Source: Patescibacteria group bacterium (lineage in GTDB: Bacteria; Patescibacteriota; Patescibacteriia; UBA1558; UBA10009). From it: a stretch of 64,000 nucleotides of DNA. The stretch covers positions 155,244 through 219,243 of the forward strand of contig JBAZSE010000002.1 in assembly GCA_041662565.1 (NCBI GenBank). Direction: 5' to 3'. The notes below the pieces were generated by a model, which saw nothing but the letters and a program-made list of their open reading frames with translations, was not told the origin of the DNA and ran no database searches. Position numbers and translations under genes: made by a program. Position 1 is the stretch's first letter. Every line of letters starts with the position of its first letter. Positions 20,420-30,200 of the stretch are shown piece after piece.

Positions 20420-22255
20420 ATGAAAATATTCAACAAACTTTCAATAGCCACTTTGGCTGTTATCTTTACCCTTGGATTTTCGGGCATTATCCAAGCCGCG
20501 ACTGCAGTAAGCTTAGGCGTTGCCGATAATTTTGCCGTACTGGCCGGCAGCGGTATTGCCAATACCGGTGCCACCACCATTGTTGGAGACGTTGGCTCGT
20601 ATCCAACTTTAACCCAAACCGGATTTGGTAGCGTTACCTTAACCGGAACCAACCATGCAGGCGATGGCACAACTCAACAAGCCAAAACCGATTTAACTGC
20701 CGCCTATCTTGATGCTGCGGGCCAGGGCGGTGCCTCGGCTATTGTTGCCGATCTTGGCGGCCAAACCTTAACTGCCGGTGTTTACAACTCTGCTTCCTCA
20801 ATCGGACTAACCGGAACACTGACTTTAGATGGCGGAGGCGATGCCAACGCGATTTTCGTTTTCCAAGCCGGCTCCACTTTAACCACGGCCGCGGCCAGCC
20901 ACGTTACTTTAACCAACAGCGCCCAGGCCTGTAATGTTTTTTGGCAAGTTGGCAGTTCGGCCACTTTAGGTACAACTTCGGATTTTAAAGGCAATATTTT
21001 GGCCTTGGCTTCTATTACCGATGACGGGGGCTCTACTATTGCCGGCCGACTTTTAGCCAGAAACGCGGCTGTTACTTTAAACAATACTTCGGTTACCAAA
21101 GCTACTTGCGCGGGCGCTTTGCCAGCTACTCTTAGCGTGGTTAAAACAATAATTAATGATGATGGCGGTAGCAAAGTTGTTGCTAACTTTCCTTTGCTAG
21201 TTGGCGCAACGTCAGTTACTTCCGGCGTCACCAATACATTTGCCCTAGGCACATATGCCGTAACCGAAACCGATTTTTCCGGCTACGCCCAATCATTTTC
21301 CGGTGATTGCGATGCCAGCGGCAACGTTACTTTAGCTTCGGGTGATCATAAATTATGCGTGGTTACTAATAATGACATTGCTACACCGCCAACTTCTTCC
21401 GGCGGCGGCGGTTGGACAGCTTACGCAGTTGTTCCCCCTGTGCCTCCATTAATTGATGTTGTAAAAGTTCCTAGCCCTTTGGCTTTGCCTAACGGTCCTG
21501 GTTTAGTTGAATATACTTTTACCTTAACTAATACTGGAACAGTGCCGGTAACTTCTATAACTCTGATTGACGATACCTGTAGTCCGATTATTTTGACTTC
21601 CGGTGATACCAATGGTGATGCAAAAATGGATCTTACAGAAACTTGGACATACAAATGTTCTGCCGTGCTTGCAGCAACCCACACTAACACGGTAGTGGCT
21701 ACTGGTTGGGCTAACGGCATTAGCGCCGTAGATATTGCCAGTGCCACTGTAGTTGTCAGCTTACCCGTTATTCCACCATTAATTCATGTTACTAAAGTCC
21801 CTACCCCATTAACGCTTTTAGCAGGCGGCGGACCGGCTTTGTACCATTATACGGTTACCAATCCCGGTACCGAACCATTAAGCAATGTTTATATTACCGA
21901 TGATAAATGTACCGGATTACCCGGAAGAGTTTTTGGCCATCCCGGAGACCTTAATAGCAATAACTTGCTAGAAAGCAATGAGTCCTGGTCCTTTAACTGT
22001 CAAACTAACCTAACCCAAACCACCACCAACACAGCCACGGCCAGCGGCGAAGCCAACGGCTTAACGGCTAAGGATTACGCCGTAGCTACGGTTATTGTGG
22101 CCCCAACCGTTGTGCCAATTGTAGTTGCCCCGATTTTGCCAAAAACCGGATTTGCCCCCCAAGAGCAAAATATTTCCTTAAATTTTGTTATCTTGGGAAT
22201 TTTAGCACTCGCTTTAATCTCGGCGATTTTGGTTTTCAAAAAACACAAAGTTTAA
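20420..22255 (+). CDS. LPXTG-anchored surface protein: ice-binding-like (DUF3494) domain plus two DUF11-like repeats
   Basis: A signal peptide is followed by the DUF3494-like FAVLAGSGIANTG...VGDVGSYP region. Two repeats (VKVPSPLALPNG..., VTKVPTPLTLLAGG...) follow. The C-terminus is LPKTG, a hydrophobic helix and KKHKV. Confidence 0.7.
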   Translation: MKIFNKLSIATLAVIFTLGFSGIIQAATAVSLGVADNFAVLAGSGIANTGATTIVGDVGSYPTLTQTGFGSVTLTGTNHAGDGTTQQAKTDLTAAYLDAAGQGGASAIVADLGGQTLTAGVYNSASSIGLTGTLTLDGGGDANAIFVFQAGSTLTTAAASHVTLTNSAQACNVFWQVGSSATLGTTSDFKGNILALASITDDGGSTIAGRLLARNAAVTLNNTSVTKATCAGALPATLSVVKTIINDDGGSKVVANFPLLVGATSVTSGVTNTFALGTYAVTETDFSGYAQSFSGDCDASGNVTLASGDHKLCVVTNNDIATPPTSSGGGGWTAYAVVPPVPPLIDVVKVPSPLALPNGPGLVEYTFTLTNTGTVPVTSITLIDDTCSPIILTSGDTNGDAKMDLTETWTYKCSAVLAATHTNTVVATGWANGISAVDIASATVVVSLPVIPPLIHVTKVPTPLTLLAGGGPALYHYTVTNPGTEPLSNVYITDDKCTGLPGRVFGHPGDLNSNNLLESNESWSFNCQTNLTQTTTNTATASGEANGLTAKDYAVATVIVAPTVVPIVVAPILPKTGFAPQEQNISLNFVILGILALALISAILVFKKHKV

Positions 22256-22290
22256 TTTAAGCACTTCAAATAAAGTTAACAAATAAAAAT

Positions 22291-22431
22291 ATGCTCTTAA
22301 CCATTGGCTTTATCCTTATAGTTTTGTGGCTAGTTGGCTTTATTGGCTTTCATGTAGTTAGCGGATTTATTCATATTCTGCTCGTAGTTGCTATTATCGT
22401 CGTGCTTATTAGAATTATTAAAGGAAAATAA
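22291..22431 (+). CDS. lmo0937-family small membrane protein (46 aa)
   Basis: MLLTIGFILIVLWLVGFIGF...HILLVVAIIVVLIRII matches the conserved pattern of this small-protein family. It is absent from the ORF track because of its size. Confidence 0.5.
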   Translation: MLLTIGFILIVLWLVGFIGFHVVSGFIHILLVVAIIVVLIRIIKGK

Positions 22432-22514
22432 GTTCTGGCTTAAAAATCAAAAAATGATTAAAATTTAAAGGCCTCGTTTAAACGGGGCCTTTACTTTCAT
22501 AAGTAATAAAAGTT

Positions 22515-23198
22515 ATGCCGATAAATATATCATCAAAAGGCACTGGGCTGATTATAACTGTGGTAAGTTTGGCTTTTTTAGCCATGATATTTTCGGGATT
22601 GGCAGCGCAAGAAATAATTTTTCCTGCTGGCTTATTTACCAAGGATCGAGGAAAAAACCAAATTCAAAACGATTTTAGGCAATTAACCAATAATTCTTTA
22701 ACTCCTGTAAAACAAAAACCTTTAGGAAATTCTGTTTTAAATCCAATAATAAGAAAATCCAATCAATTAATAATTCCCTCCATTCATGTTAATGCTATTA
22801 TTGAAAAAGTTGGACTAACTTTAAATGGAGAAATGGCTGTTCCACAAAACTTAAACAACGTTGCTTGGTATAAACTAGGTCCTAAGCCGGGAGAAATTGG
22901 CAGCGCGGTTATGGCCGGGCACTTTGGTTGGAAAAACAACCGGCCATCAACATTTAATAATTTACATAAACTGCGAGCCAGAGATAAAGTGCAATTTAAA
23001 AATGATAAAGGTGTTATAATCACTTTTGTGGTGCGGGAAAGCCGTGAATATGATCCATTATCAGACGCTTTTGAAATTTTTAACTCCAATGATAATAAAG
23101 CCCATCTTAACCTTATTACTTGCCAAGGAATCTGGGATAAAATTTCAAAAAATTACTCAAAACGACTGGTAGTATTTACGGATAAAGAAGAAAAATAG
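22515..23198 (+). CDS. Sortase (transpeptidase)
   Basis: An N-terminal TM helix, a catalytic LITC motif (NLITCQG) and a conserved His (MAGHFGW). The gene is adjacent to the LPKTG substrate. Confidence 0.65.
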   Translation: MPINISSKGTGLIITVVSLAFLAMIFSGLAAQEIIFPAGLFTKDRGKNQIQNDFRQLTNNSLTPVKQKPLGNSVLNPIIRKSNQLIIPSIHVNAIIEKVGLTLNGEMAVPQNLNNVAWYKLGPKPGEIGSAVMAGHFGWKNNRPSTFNNLHKLRARDKVQFKNDKGVIITFVVRESREYDPLSDAFEIFNSNDNKAHLNLITCQGIWDKISKNYSKRLVVFTDKEEK

Positions 23199-23300
23199 AA
23201 ATTGTCCCACTATTGACAAAAATCTAAAAATCTGCTAAGATAGCAAGTTACTAAATGAGATTCTCTAACTATAGAGAATCTTTTAAATTAGTCGAGTTGG

Positions 23301-23317
23301 ATCGAGCTAAGCTCGAT
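23301..23317. repeat. Palindromic repeat family copy (ATCGAGCTAAGCTCGAT) within a compound palindrome at 23291-23326
   Basis: A perfect 17-bp palindrome, flanked by further TCGAG/CTCGA half-sites. Confidence 0.6.
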
Positions 23318-23338
23318 TAGCTCGAAATAGCAGATTAT

Positions 23339-23968
23339 ATGATTATATACGAAATTCTCACTTTAGAAACAAAAAGCTTGCTTTTTCCCTTGTTTTACTC
23401 AAAATTCTTAACTTTTTTGGCTAAAATTAGCCGAAAAATAATTAAGAAAAACCTCTTAGTTTTAGATAAAATCCTGCCGTTTTACTTGTTATTGGTGGTT
23501 TTAAATCTAAATTTGCCCCATGTGCAGGCCGAAGACCTAACCAGCTTAAATGTTCAGCTACCTGTACAAACCGGCAAAATTGAGGTTTTACGGGCTTTTG
23601 ACCCTACCCCTAGCGGCTTACCTTTGGATATTTCCGGCCAACTAAGAGAACCCCGCTTTAAATTAAAGGTCTGGGTTAGCGCTTACAATAGTTTGCCCGG
23701 CCAAACCGATAGCACCCCTTGCATTACCGCTTCCGGCTTGGATGTATGTAAAAGAGCCGAACAAGGCGCGGTAGATGTAATTGCCACCAATCTGATGCAC
23801 TTGCCTTTTGGCACTAAAATAAGGATGCCCGAACTGTTCGGCGATAAGATCTTTTTAGTGGAAGATCGGATGAATCGCCGTTACACTAAAAAAATGGATA
23901 TTTGGATGGCAGATTATGATGAAGCCATTAAATTCGGCCATCAATACACGTCTATAGAAATCTTCTAA
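23339..23968 (+). CDS. 3D-domain protein (putative cell-wall lytic / MltA-like 3D fold), tentative
   Basis: The C-terminal region VWVSAYNSLPGQTDSTPCITASG...DVIAT...LPFGT...VEDRMN resembles the 3D domain. The N-terminus is hydrophobic. Confidence 0.45.
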   Translation: MIIYEILTLETKSLLFPLFYSKFLTFLAKISRKIIKKNLLVLDKILPFYLLLVVLNLNLPHVQAEDLTSLNVQLPVQTGKIEVLRAFDPTPSGLPLDISGQLREPRFKLKVWVSAYNSLPGQTDSTPCITASGLDVCKRAEQGAVDVIATNLMHLPFGTKIRMPELFGDKIFLVEDRMNRRYTKKMDIWMADYDEAIKFGHQYTSIEIF

Positions 23969-24079
23969 AAACATGATTTTAAAAAACACTTTCCAAATCA
24001 GGAAAGTGTTTTTTGGTAAAAAAAATCCTCAGTGGATTCAAAGCGAATCTTGAACCCACTGAGGTGCAGCGATTAAATG

Positions 24080-24808
24080 TCAGGAAACTTCATTGATTCG
24101 TTCAAGCCAGTAAGGATCATCCGGGTTATAGAGCGAAACGTAGTTACTAGTCATTCTCTTCGTACAGCATGAGAAATACCCTTGAACCCTGTTTTCAACA
24201 GATTTTCGAATGGATTGAGGGGTTTCTGACTCCCATTGGAAAAAGAAAGACGCGCTATCTTGTAGAGTTCTGATGACTTTAATTTCCTGGGATGCCTTAA
24301 GAAAGCAGTTGGCTTCTTGAATAGCTTCTTTTGCTTCAGGGTTTGCATATGGACCCGAGGTGCAAAACGGTATAGATAGATGCTGATCAGTTATGCAAAA
24401 TATTTCGCAGGTATTTGCAGGAATCCCTGGATCTTTTAAAAAATCCATTGGATGTTTTATTAGTAGTTCTAAGGCCAGCTCTTTTTTAACAAGACCAGAA
24501 AGACCTTTCTCAAGACTTGGACGCAAGACCCTATTCCTAAGACTGCCCCGGATTTGAAGATGAAAAATGAAAGCCCTTGCACACCTTGAATATTCGTAAC
24601 TTTTCAGAGTTACGCCAAGAGGTAGAGCTTCCAACCACTCTTTTACCTTATTTGATCCCCATTCGTATTCCAGTGAATCCAAATGTTTATCAAAGTGGGG
24701 CGAAGTAAGGGTGAACTCTGTCGACCCTTTTGATGAATACAATTGTCCAATACCATTTAAAAGTATTGGCCAAAATTCAGTAGACCAACGAACAGATTGC
24801 TTTGCCAT
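24080..24808 (-). CDS. Hypothetical protein (orphan)
   Basis: A 242-aa ORF with an AGGAGG RBS before the ATG. No motifs recognised. Confidence 0.4.
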   Translation of the reverse strand: MAKQSVRWSTEFWPILLNGIGQLYSSKGSTEFTLTSPHFDKHLDSLEYEWGSNKVKEWLEALPLGVTLKSYEYSRCARAFIFHLQIRGSLRNRVLRPSLEKGLSGLVKKELALELLIKHPMDFLKDPGIPANTCEIFCITDQHLSIPFCTSGPYANPEAKEAIQEANCFLKASQEIKVIRTLQDSASFFFQWESETPQSIRKSVENRVQGYFSCCTKRMTSNYVSLYNPDDPYWLERINEVS

Positions 24809-25075
24809 GATATCCTCCTATCTATGGCGGTTGACGAAATGAAAGGTACGTACATTTATACTGATATATCTTGTTAATAAAGTCAAGCTAACGATTAACT
24901 CCTGATACATTTTCCAAATAAGTATTAATTCGACTGTACTGAATATTTTAAAAAACCCCAGCCGCCACACCGCGTAAAGTCTCATATCATTCAGTTTATG
25001 CGTGACAAGCTAAACAGAACTAAATAAATTTTATTCTGGAAGCAAGCTCGGAAAAATTAAAATAATTAGATTGAT

Positions 25076-25150
25076 TGGAGGCCACGACCGGATTCGAACC
25101 GGTGAATAAGGGTTTTGCAGACCCTTGCCTTACCACTTGGCTACGTGGCC
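25076..25150 (-). tRNA. tRNA-Cys (GCA)
   Basis: The reverse complement folds with acceptor GGCCACG/CGTGGCC and anticodon loop CTGCAAA, and CCA is encoded. Confidence 0.85.
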
Positions 25151-25330
25151 ATTAAGGAATACTTTGATTTGAATTGTGGCATATTTAAGCCACCAACTCT
25201 TTTAATAGCCCTCTCGTCCCCTTTAGGGGATACGTGGCCAATTTAGAAAATGCTGATATAAATTGTTAGCACATTTAAGCCACCAACTCTTTTAATAGCC
25301 CTCTCGTCCCCTTTAGGGGATACGTGGCCA
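25151..25330. repeat. About 90-bp tandem duplication (2 units; 58-bp identical cores) abutting the tRNA-Cys 5' end
   Basis: Identical cores lie at 25183-25240 and 25273-25330. TACGTGGCCA, which matches the tRNA 5' terminus, occurs three times (25142, 25231, 25321). Each core contains the CCCCTTTAGGGG palindrome. Confidence 0.7.
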
Positions 25331-25450
25331 TTAAGGAGATATGTAGCTAAACTTCATTTAAAATAACAGAATATCCTTAAAAAATCAAGGTTGCTTTATC
25401 GCCGTCTAACAGGTAAAATAACCCTATATTATTATACTTACCTTGCCATG

Positions 25451-25942
25451 AAAACCGCTTTATTAATCGTTGATGTCCAAAATTTCTTTATCAATAAATG
25501 GACGCAACATGTGCCAAAAAATATTGTTAAGTTGATTGAAAACAGTGATTTTTCTGCTATTGTTTTTAGCCAATTTATCAATACGGCCAATAGCAACTTT
25601 GTTAAGCAACTTAATTACACCGGTTGCACAAAACCACCGTATACCGATATCGTTATTGATCTAAAACCCTGGGTTAAAAAAGATAACATTTTTAGCAAAT
25701 GCTCTTTTTCGGTTTTTACCAATCCTAATTTTGAAAAATATTTAAGAGAAAAAAAGATTGAAGAATTAACTATTGTTGGCCTGGATACTGATTATTGCGT
25801 CTTAGCCGATTGTTTTAACGCTTTTGATCAGGGCTATAAAATTACGGTAATCGCAAATTGTTGCGCCAGCTCTACCAATGGCCCGGATGGACACGTAGCG
25901 GCTTTAAAAATTATCGCTAACAATTTTGGCACAGTAATTTAA
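25451..25942 (+). CDS. Isochorismatase-family cysteine hydrolase (nicotinamidase-like)
   Basis: ALLIVDVQNFF and LTIVGLDTDYCVL are family motifs. The ATG at 25451 is preferred. Confidence 0.7.
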   Translation, partial: KTALLIVDVQNFFINKWTQHVPKNIVKLIENSDFSAIVFSQFINTANSNFVKQLNYTGCTKPPYTDIVIDLKPWVKKDNIFSKCSFSVFTNPNFEKYLREKKIEELTIVGLDTDYCVLADCFNAFDQGYKITVIANCCASSTNGPDGHVAALKIIANNFGTVI

Positions 25943-26023
25943 TGGATAAACAGGAAATCCTTCAGTCGCGTGTGCTCCTTCAGGATGACAGCAAAGAATT
26001 AACATTTTAACTAATTGTTAACA

Positions 26024-28840
26024 ATGAACAAAGGTAACGAGAAATTCATAATCATTGACGGCAATGCCCTGTTGCACCGCGCTTGGCACGCTTTGCCGCC
26101 CATGACTTTAAAAGACGGAACTATGGTTAATGCCGCTTACGGCTTTACTTCCATCTTATTAAAAATAATCAAAGAGCTTAAGCCGAATTATATTTGCTCG
26201 GCCTTTGACCGCAAGGGCGTTTCCAAACGGACCGAAATGTTTACTTCGTATAAAGCCCAGCGCGTTAAACAGCCCGACGAGCTTTACGCCCAAATCCCGA
26301 TTATTGAACAAATTCTCAAGGCCTTTAACATCCCAGTGGTTGATGCCCAGGAAGAGGGTTATGAGGCCGATGATGTGATCGGCACCATTATTACTCATCT
26401 TAAAAAAACCCAACCCGAGTTGCATAAATTTATTGTCACCGGCGATTTGGACGCTTTGCAATTGGTTGATCAACAAACCGAGGTCTTTACTTTAAAAAAA
26501 GGCATTTCCGAAACCTTTACCTATAATATCAATGCGGTTAAAGATCGCTATGGCCTAACCCCGGATCAATTAATCGATTTTAAGGCGTTAAGAGGTGATC
26601 CTTCGGATAATATTCCGGGCGTTAAAGGTATTGGCGAAAAATCCGCCACCCAACTGATTCAACAGTTCGGCTCGCTGGAAAAACTTTATGAAAAATTAGA
26701 ACAATCCAAGGTTAAAGATCGGCTTAAAGAACTGTTAATCACCCAAAAAAAAGATGCCCTTTTAAGCAAAGAATTGGTGACAATCAAAACCGATCTTAAA
26801 ACCAACTTTAAATTGGCCGAAACCAAAATTCAGGGCTTTGATGTTAATGAGGTGATAAAAATTTTTACCCATCTGGAATTTAAAAGCTTAATGAATAAAA
26901 TTCCTTCTGAATTATCCGGCAAGATGGAAACAAAAAATATCCAGGAAGCGGATGCAAAACCAACAACCGAGCAATCAAATACAGGGGGGCAGGGCGCGAT
27001 GGATTTTATGTCCATTACTAAAGCGCCTTCCTCTGAATTTTTTGATTATCGCCTGGTAAATACCAACGAAAAATTTCAAAAATTTTTAACTGAATTAAAA
27101 AATCAAACCGAATTCGCTTTGGATAGCGAAACTACCGGCCTAAACGTTTGGCAGGCAAAAATTTTAGGGCTAAGTTTTTCTTGGAAACCAGGTTTGGCCT
27201 ATTACTTGGATATTGCATCTAATTTGCCTTGGCTAAATGAACTTAAACCGATTTTGGAAAATCCCAACATTAAAAAAATCGGTCACAATTTAAAATACGA
27301 TTATGAAATGCTGATGCAAAACGGCATTATCATGGCCGGCTTGGATTTTGACACCATGCTCGGCGCTTATTTGCTTACCTCCGGCAACCGCAATTTGGAT
27401 TTGGACAGTTTGGTTTTTTCGGAACTTGGCCACCAAATGCAACCCATTACCGATTTAATCGGACCAAAAGGCAAGGATCAATTAAATATGTCGGCGGTAG
27501 CCGTGGAACGAGTATCCTGGTATGCGGCCGAAGATGCGGATTTTACTCTGCGGTTGGCTAAAAAATTAAAACCGGAGTTGGAAAAAATTTCCGACTTAGG
27601 CGCGTCCCGAGCGGAGTCGAGGGGCCTGATGGAAAAAATTGAAATGCCCCTAATTGCCGTGTTGGCTAAAATGGAGCAAACCGGCATTAAAATCGACCAG
27701 GAATTTTTAAAACAACTAAATCAAAAATTTACCGGGGAAATTAAATCAATTGAAAATAAAGTTTACGAAATAGCCGGCCAAGAGTTCAACATCGCTTCGC
27801 CTCTACAGCTCAAAGAAATTTTGTTTGACCGTTTAAAAATCGATATCAAGGGTTTAAAAAAAATAAAAACCGGCATTTCCACCGCTGCCGGCGAGCTTGA
27901 AAAATTAAAAGATCGGCATCCGATTATCCCTTACATCAGCAATTTTAGGGAATATTCCAAACTGCAAAACACTTATACCCAAACCTTGCCTTTGCAGGCC
28001 GATAAACATGATAGAATCCATACCAGCTTTAACCAAACCATTGCCGCAACCGGCCGGCTTTCTTCATCCGATCCTAATTTGCAAAATATTCCCATTAGAA
28101 CAGAGCTAGGGCGCGAAATCCGCAAAGCTTTTATTGCGGAGAAAGGAAATTTATTGATTTCGGCCGACTATTCGCAAATAGAACTAAGAGTTATCGCCTC
28201 ATTAGCCAGTGATGAAAAAATGATCGCCTATTTTAACAACAATGAAGACATCCATGCCCGAACAGCCGCCGATATAAATAAATTGCCAATTTCTGAAGTT
28301 ACCAAAGATATGCGCCGGGCGGCTAAAGAAGTTAATTTTGGCGTTATCTATGGCCTGGGCTATGTTGGCTTAGCTGCGCGCACCGGCATTACTCGCGAAG
28401 AAGCCAAAAGCTTTATTGCCCGCTACTTTGAATTGTATCCGCAAATTAAAAACTGGTTAGTTGAAACCAAAGAATTAGCGGCTAAACACGGTTATGTAGA
28501 AACGCTTTTGGGTAGAAGAAGATATTTGCCGGAAATTCACTCCGGCGTACCCATGATCCGCGCCAGCGCGGAACGCATGGCCATTAATGCCCCTATCCAG
28601 GGCACAGCCGCCGATTTACTAAAAATGGCGATGATTGCTATTCACCAAGAATTGCCAAAAATCTGTTTGAATGCCAAGCTGTTGTTAACCGTCCACGATG
28701 AACTGGTATTGGAAGCACCGGAAAACGAAGCCCAAAAAGTGGCCGACTTTGTAAAAAACAAAATGGAAAATATTTACTCTCTTAAAGTGCCTATTGTGGC
28801 CGAAGTGCATTTGGGCCATAATTGGGGAGAAACAAAATAA
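26024..28840 (+). CDS. polA: DNA polymerase I
   Basis: The 5'-3' exonuclease N-terminus (IIDGNALLHRAWHA), a 3'-5' exonuclease domain, and the polymerase motifs DYSQIELR and HDELVLE are all present. Confidence 0.9.
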   Translation: MNKGNEKFIIIDGNALLHRAWHALPPMTLKDGTMVNAAYGFTSILLKIIKELKPNYICSAFDRKGVSKRTEMFTSYKAQRVKQPDELYAQIPIIEQILKAFNIPVVDAQEEGYEADDVIGTIITHLKKTQPELHKFIVTGDLDALQLVDQQTEVFTLKKGISETFTYNINAVKDRYGLTPDQLIDFKALRGDPSDNIPGVKGIGEKSATQLIQQFGSLEKLYEKLEQSKVKDRLKELLITQKKDALLSKELVTIKTDLKTNFKLAETKIQGFDVNEVIKIFTHLEFKSLMNKIPSELSGKMETKNIQEADAKPTTEQSNTGGQGAMDFMSITKAPSSEFFDYRLVNTNEKFQKFLTELKNQTEFALDSETTGLNVWQAKILGLSFSWKPGLAYYLDIASNLPWLNELKPILENPNIKKIGHNLKYDYEMLMQNGIIMAGLDFDTMLGAYLLTSGNRNLDLDSLVFSELGHQMQPITDLIGPKGKDQLNMSAVAVERVSWYAAEDADFTLRLAKKLKPELEKISDLGASRAESRGLMEKIEMPLIAVLAKMEQTGIKIDQEFLKQLNQKFTGEIKSIENKVYEIAGQEFNIASPLQLKEILFDRLKIDIKGLKKIKTGISTAAGELEKLKDRHPIIPYISNFREYSKLQNTYTQTLPLQADKHDRIHTSFNQTIAATGRLSSSDPNLQNIPIRTELGREIRKAFIAEKGNLLISADYSQIELRVIASLASDEKMIAYFNNNEDIHARTAADINKLPISEVTKDMRRAAKEVNFGVIYGLGYVGLAARTGITREEAKSFIARYFELYPQIKNWLVETKELAAKHGYVETLLGRRRYLPEIHSGVPMIRASAERMAINAPIQGTAADLLKMAMIAIHQELPKICLNAKLLLTVHDELVLEAPENEAQKVADFVKNKMENIYSLKVPIVAEVHLGHNWGETK
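27604..27629. repeat. GC-rich motif CCCGAGCGGAGTCGAGGGGCCTGAT embedded in frame in polA
   Basis: It is near-identical to 35753-35778 in femAB and encodes the residues SRAESRGLM. Confidence 0.6.
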
Positions 28841-28842
28841 CT

Positions 28843-29793
28843 ATGATATTTTTTCTTTACGGCCAGGATTCTTATCGGGCTCATCAAAAATTGCTGAAAA
28901 TTAAGGAAAAATTTAAAAAAGAAATCGACCCTTCGGGCATTAATACCATTACCTTTTCGGGCGAAGATTTTGATTTGGGCAAATTTAATTCGGCTTCGAT
29001 GCAAGCCGGTTTTTTAGTGCCCAAGCGCCTGGTAATTATTAAAAATTTATTACTGGCCAAACCAATTAAAAATGTTGCTGAACAGCTCTCTGAAATGCTT
29101 TTGCGCCTTAAAAAAAGCGATAACATTTTTGTTTTTTACGAAGCCGGCGAACCGGATAAAAGAAGCGCCTTATTTAAAACCTTATCAACTGATAAAAAAT
29201 TAAGCCAGAATTTTGAAGCCCTGGATAATGCCAAGCTGAATGATTGGGCTAAAAATTATGCTCAAGAAAAAAACGGAAAAATAAACGCCCGCGCCCTTTT
29301 GCTTTTAACCTCGTTTGTCGGCAATAATTTGTGGCTTTTATCCGGCGAGTTGAATAAGCTGATTGCTTACAAAAACGGTAGGGAAATTTTAGAAGAAGAT
29401 GTTAAAACTTTTGTAAATGCCAAAATTACCGAAAATATTTTTGGTTTAACCGATGCGGTGGCCTCCGCTAACCAAGCTAGCGCCCTTAAATTGCTAGAAG
29501 AACAGCTATCTCTTGGGTTAAATGAAATTTATCTGCTAACCATGATTATCAGGCAATTTAGGATTTTGTTGCAAATTAAACCTTTGTTGGATAAAAAAAT
29601 GTTGGAAAAACAAATTGCCGAAGCAACCGGTCTTCATCCTTTTGTGATTAAAAAAAGCGCGCCTTTGGCCAAAAAATTTACTTTGGAAAAACTTAAAAAA
29701 ATTTATCTGCACTTGGCCCAGTTGGATAAACAATTTAAATCCACTGCTTTGCCGCCCAAAACCTTGCTGGATCTTTTAATAATGAAGGTTTAA
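28843..29793 (+). CDS. holA: DNA polymerase III delta subunit
   Basis: The N-terminus FLYGQDSY and its length fit HolA, and the gene directly follows polA. Confidence 0.6.
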   Translation: MIFFLYGQDSYRAHQKLLKIKEKFKKEIDPSGINTITFSGEDFDLGKFNSASMQAGFLVPKRLVIIKNLLLAKPIKNVAEQLSEMLLRLKKSDNIFVFYEAGEPDKRSALFKTLSTDKKLSQNFEALDNAKLNDWAKNYAQEKNGKINARALLLLTSFVGNNLWLLSGELNKLIAYKNGREILEEDVKTFVNAKITENIFGLTDAVASANQASALKLLEEQLSLGLNEIYLLTMIIRQFRILLQIKPLLDKKMLEKQIAEATGLHPFVIKKSAPLAKKFTLEKLKKIYLHLAQLDKQFKSTALPPKTLLDLLIMKV

Positions 29794-29840
29794 ACAAATT
29801 AAAAAACCGCCTGGATAACCAAACGGTTTTTTTAATTCAA

Positions 29841-30110
29841 TTATTTTTTTAAGGCCTTGGTGATACTGGCTGCCAAACGTGATTTTTTGCGTCCAGCCGT
29901 ATTTTTTTTCAACCAACCGGTTTTAACTGCCTTATCAACTGTTTTTTGAAACTGCCTCATTAAATCATTAATTTTGGCGGTTTCTTTTTCGGCAATTGAT
30001 TTGGCGATTTTTTTAGCTAAATCCTTGATATTCTTGCGTTCACGGAAATTTTTAAGAGCCAGTTTTTTGGACTTGCGCAAATATTTTTCCGCTGCTTTTT
30101 TATTAGGCAT
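29841..30110 (-). CDS. rpsT: 30S ribosomal protein S20
   Basis: MPNKKAAEKYLRKSKK and a basic, all-helical 89-aa protein. Confidence 0.85.
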   Translation of the reverse strand: MPNKKAAEKYLRKSKKLALKNFRERKNIKDLAKKIAKSIAEKETAKINDLMRQFQKTVDKAVKTGWLKKNTAGRKKSRLAASITKALKK

Positions 30111-30200
30111 AGTAAATTAAACGATTAATAGATAAATTGAACAATTGTTTAGTGTGAGAGTTAGGAAAATACTAACATAAATACCCAAAATAATCAAGCC

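Noticed and set aside
23339-25450. Integrated prophage or integrative element at tRNA-Cys
   Set aside because: The tRNA-end duplications are suggestive, but no integrase, recombinase, excisionase or phage structural gene is present nearby. It is reported only as a repeat or scar.
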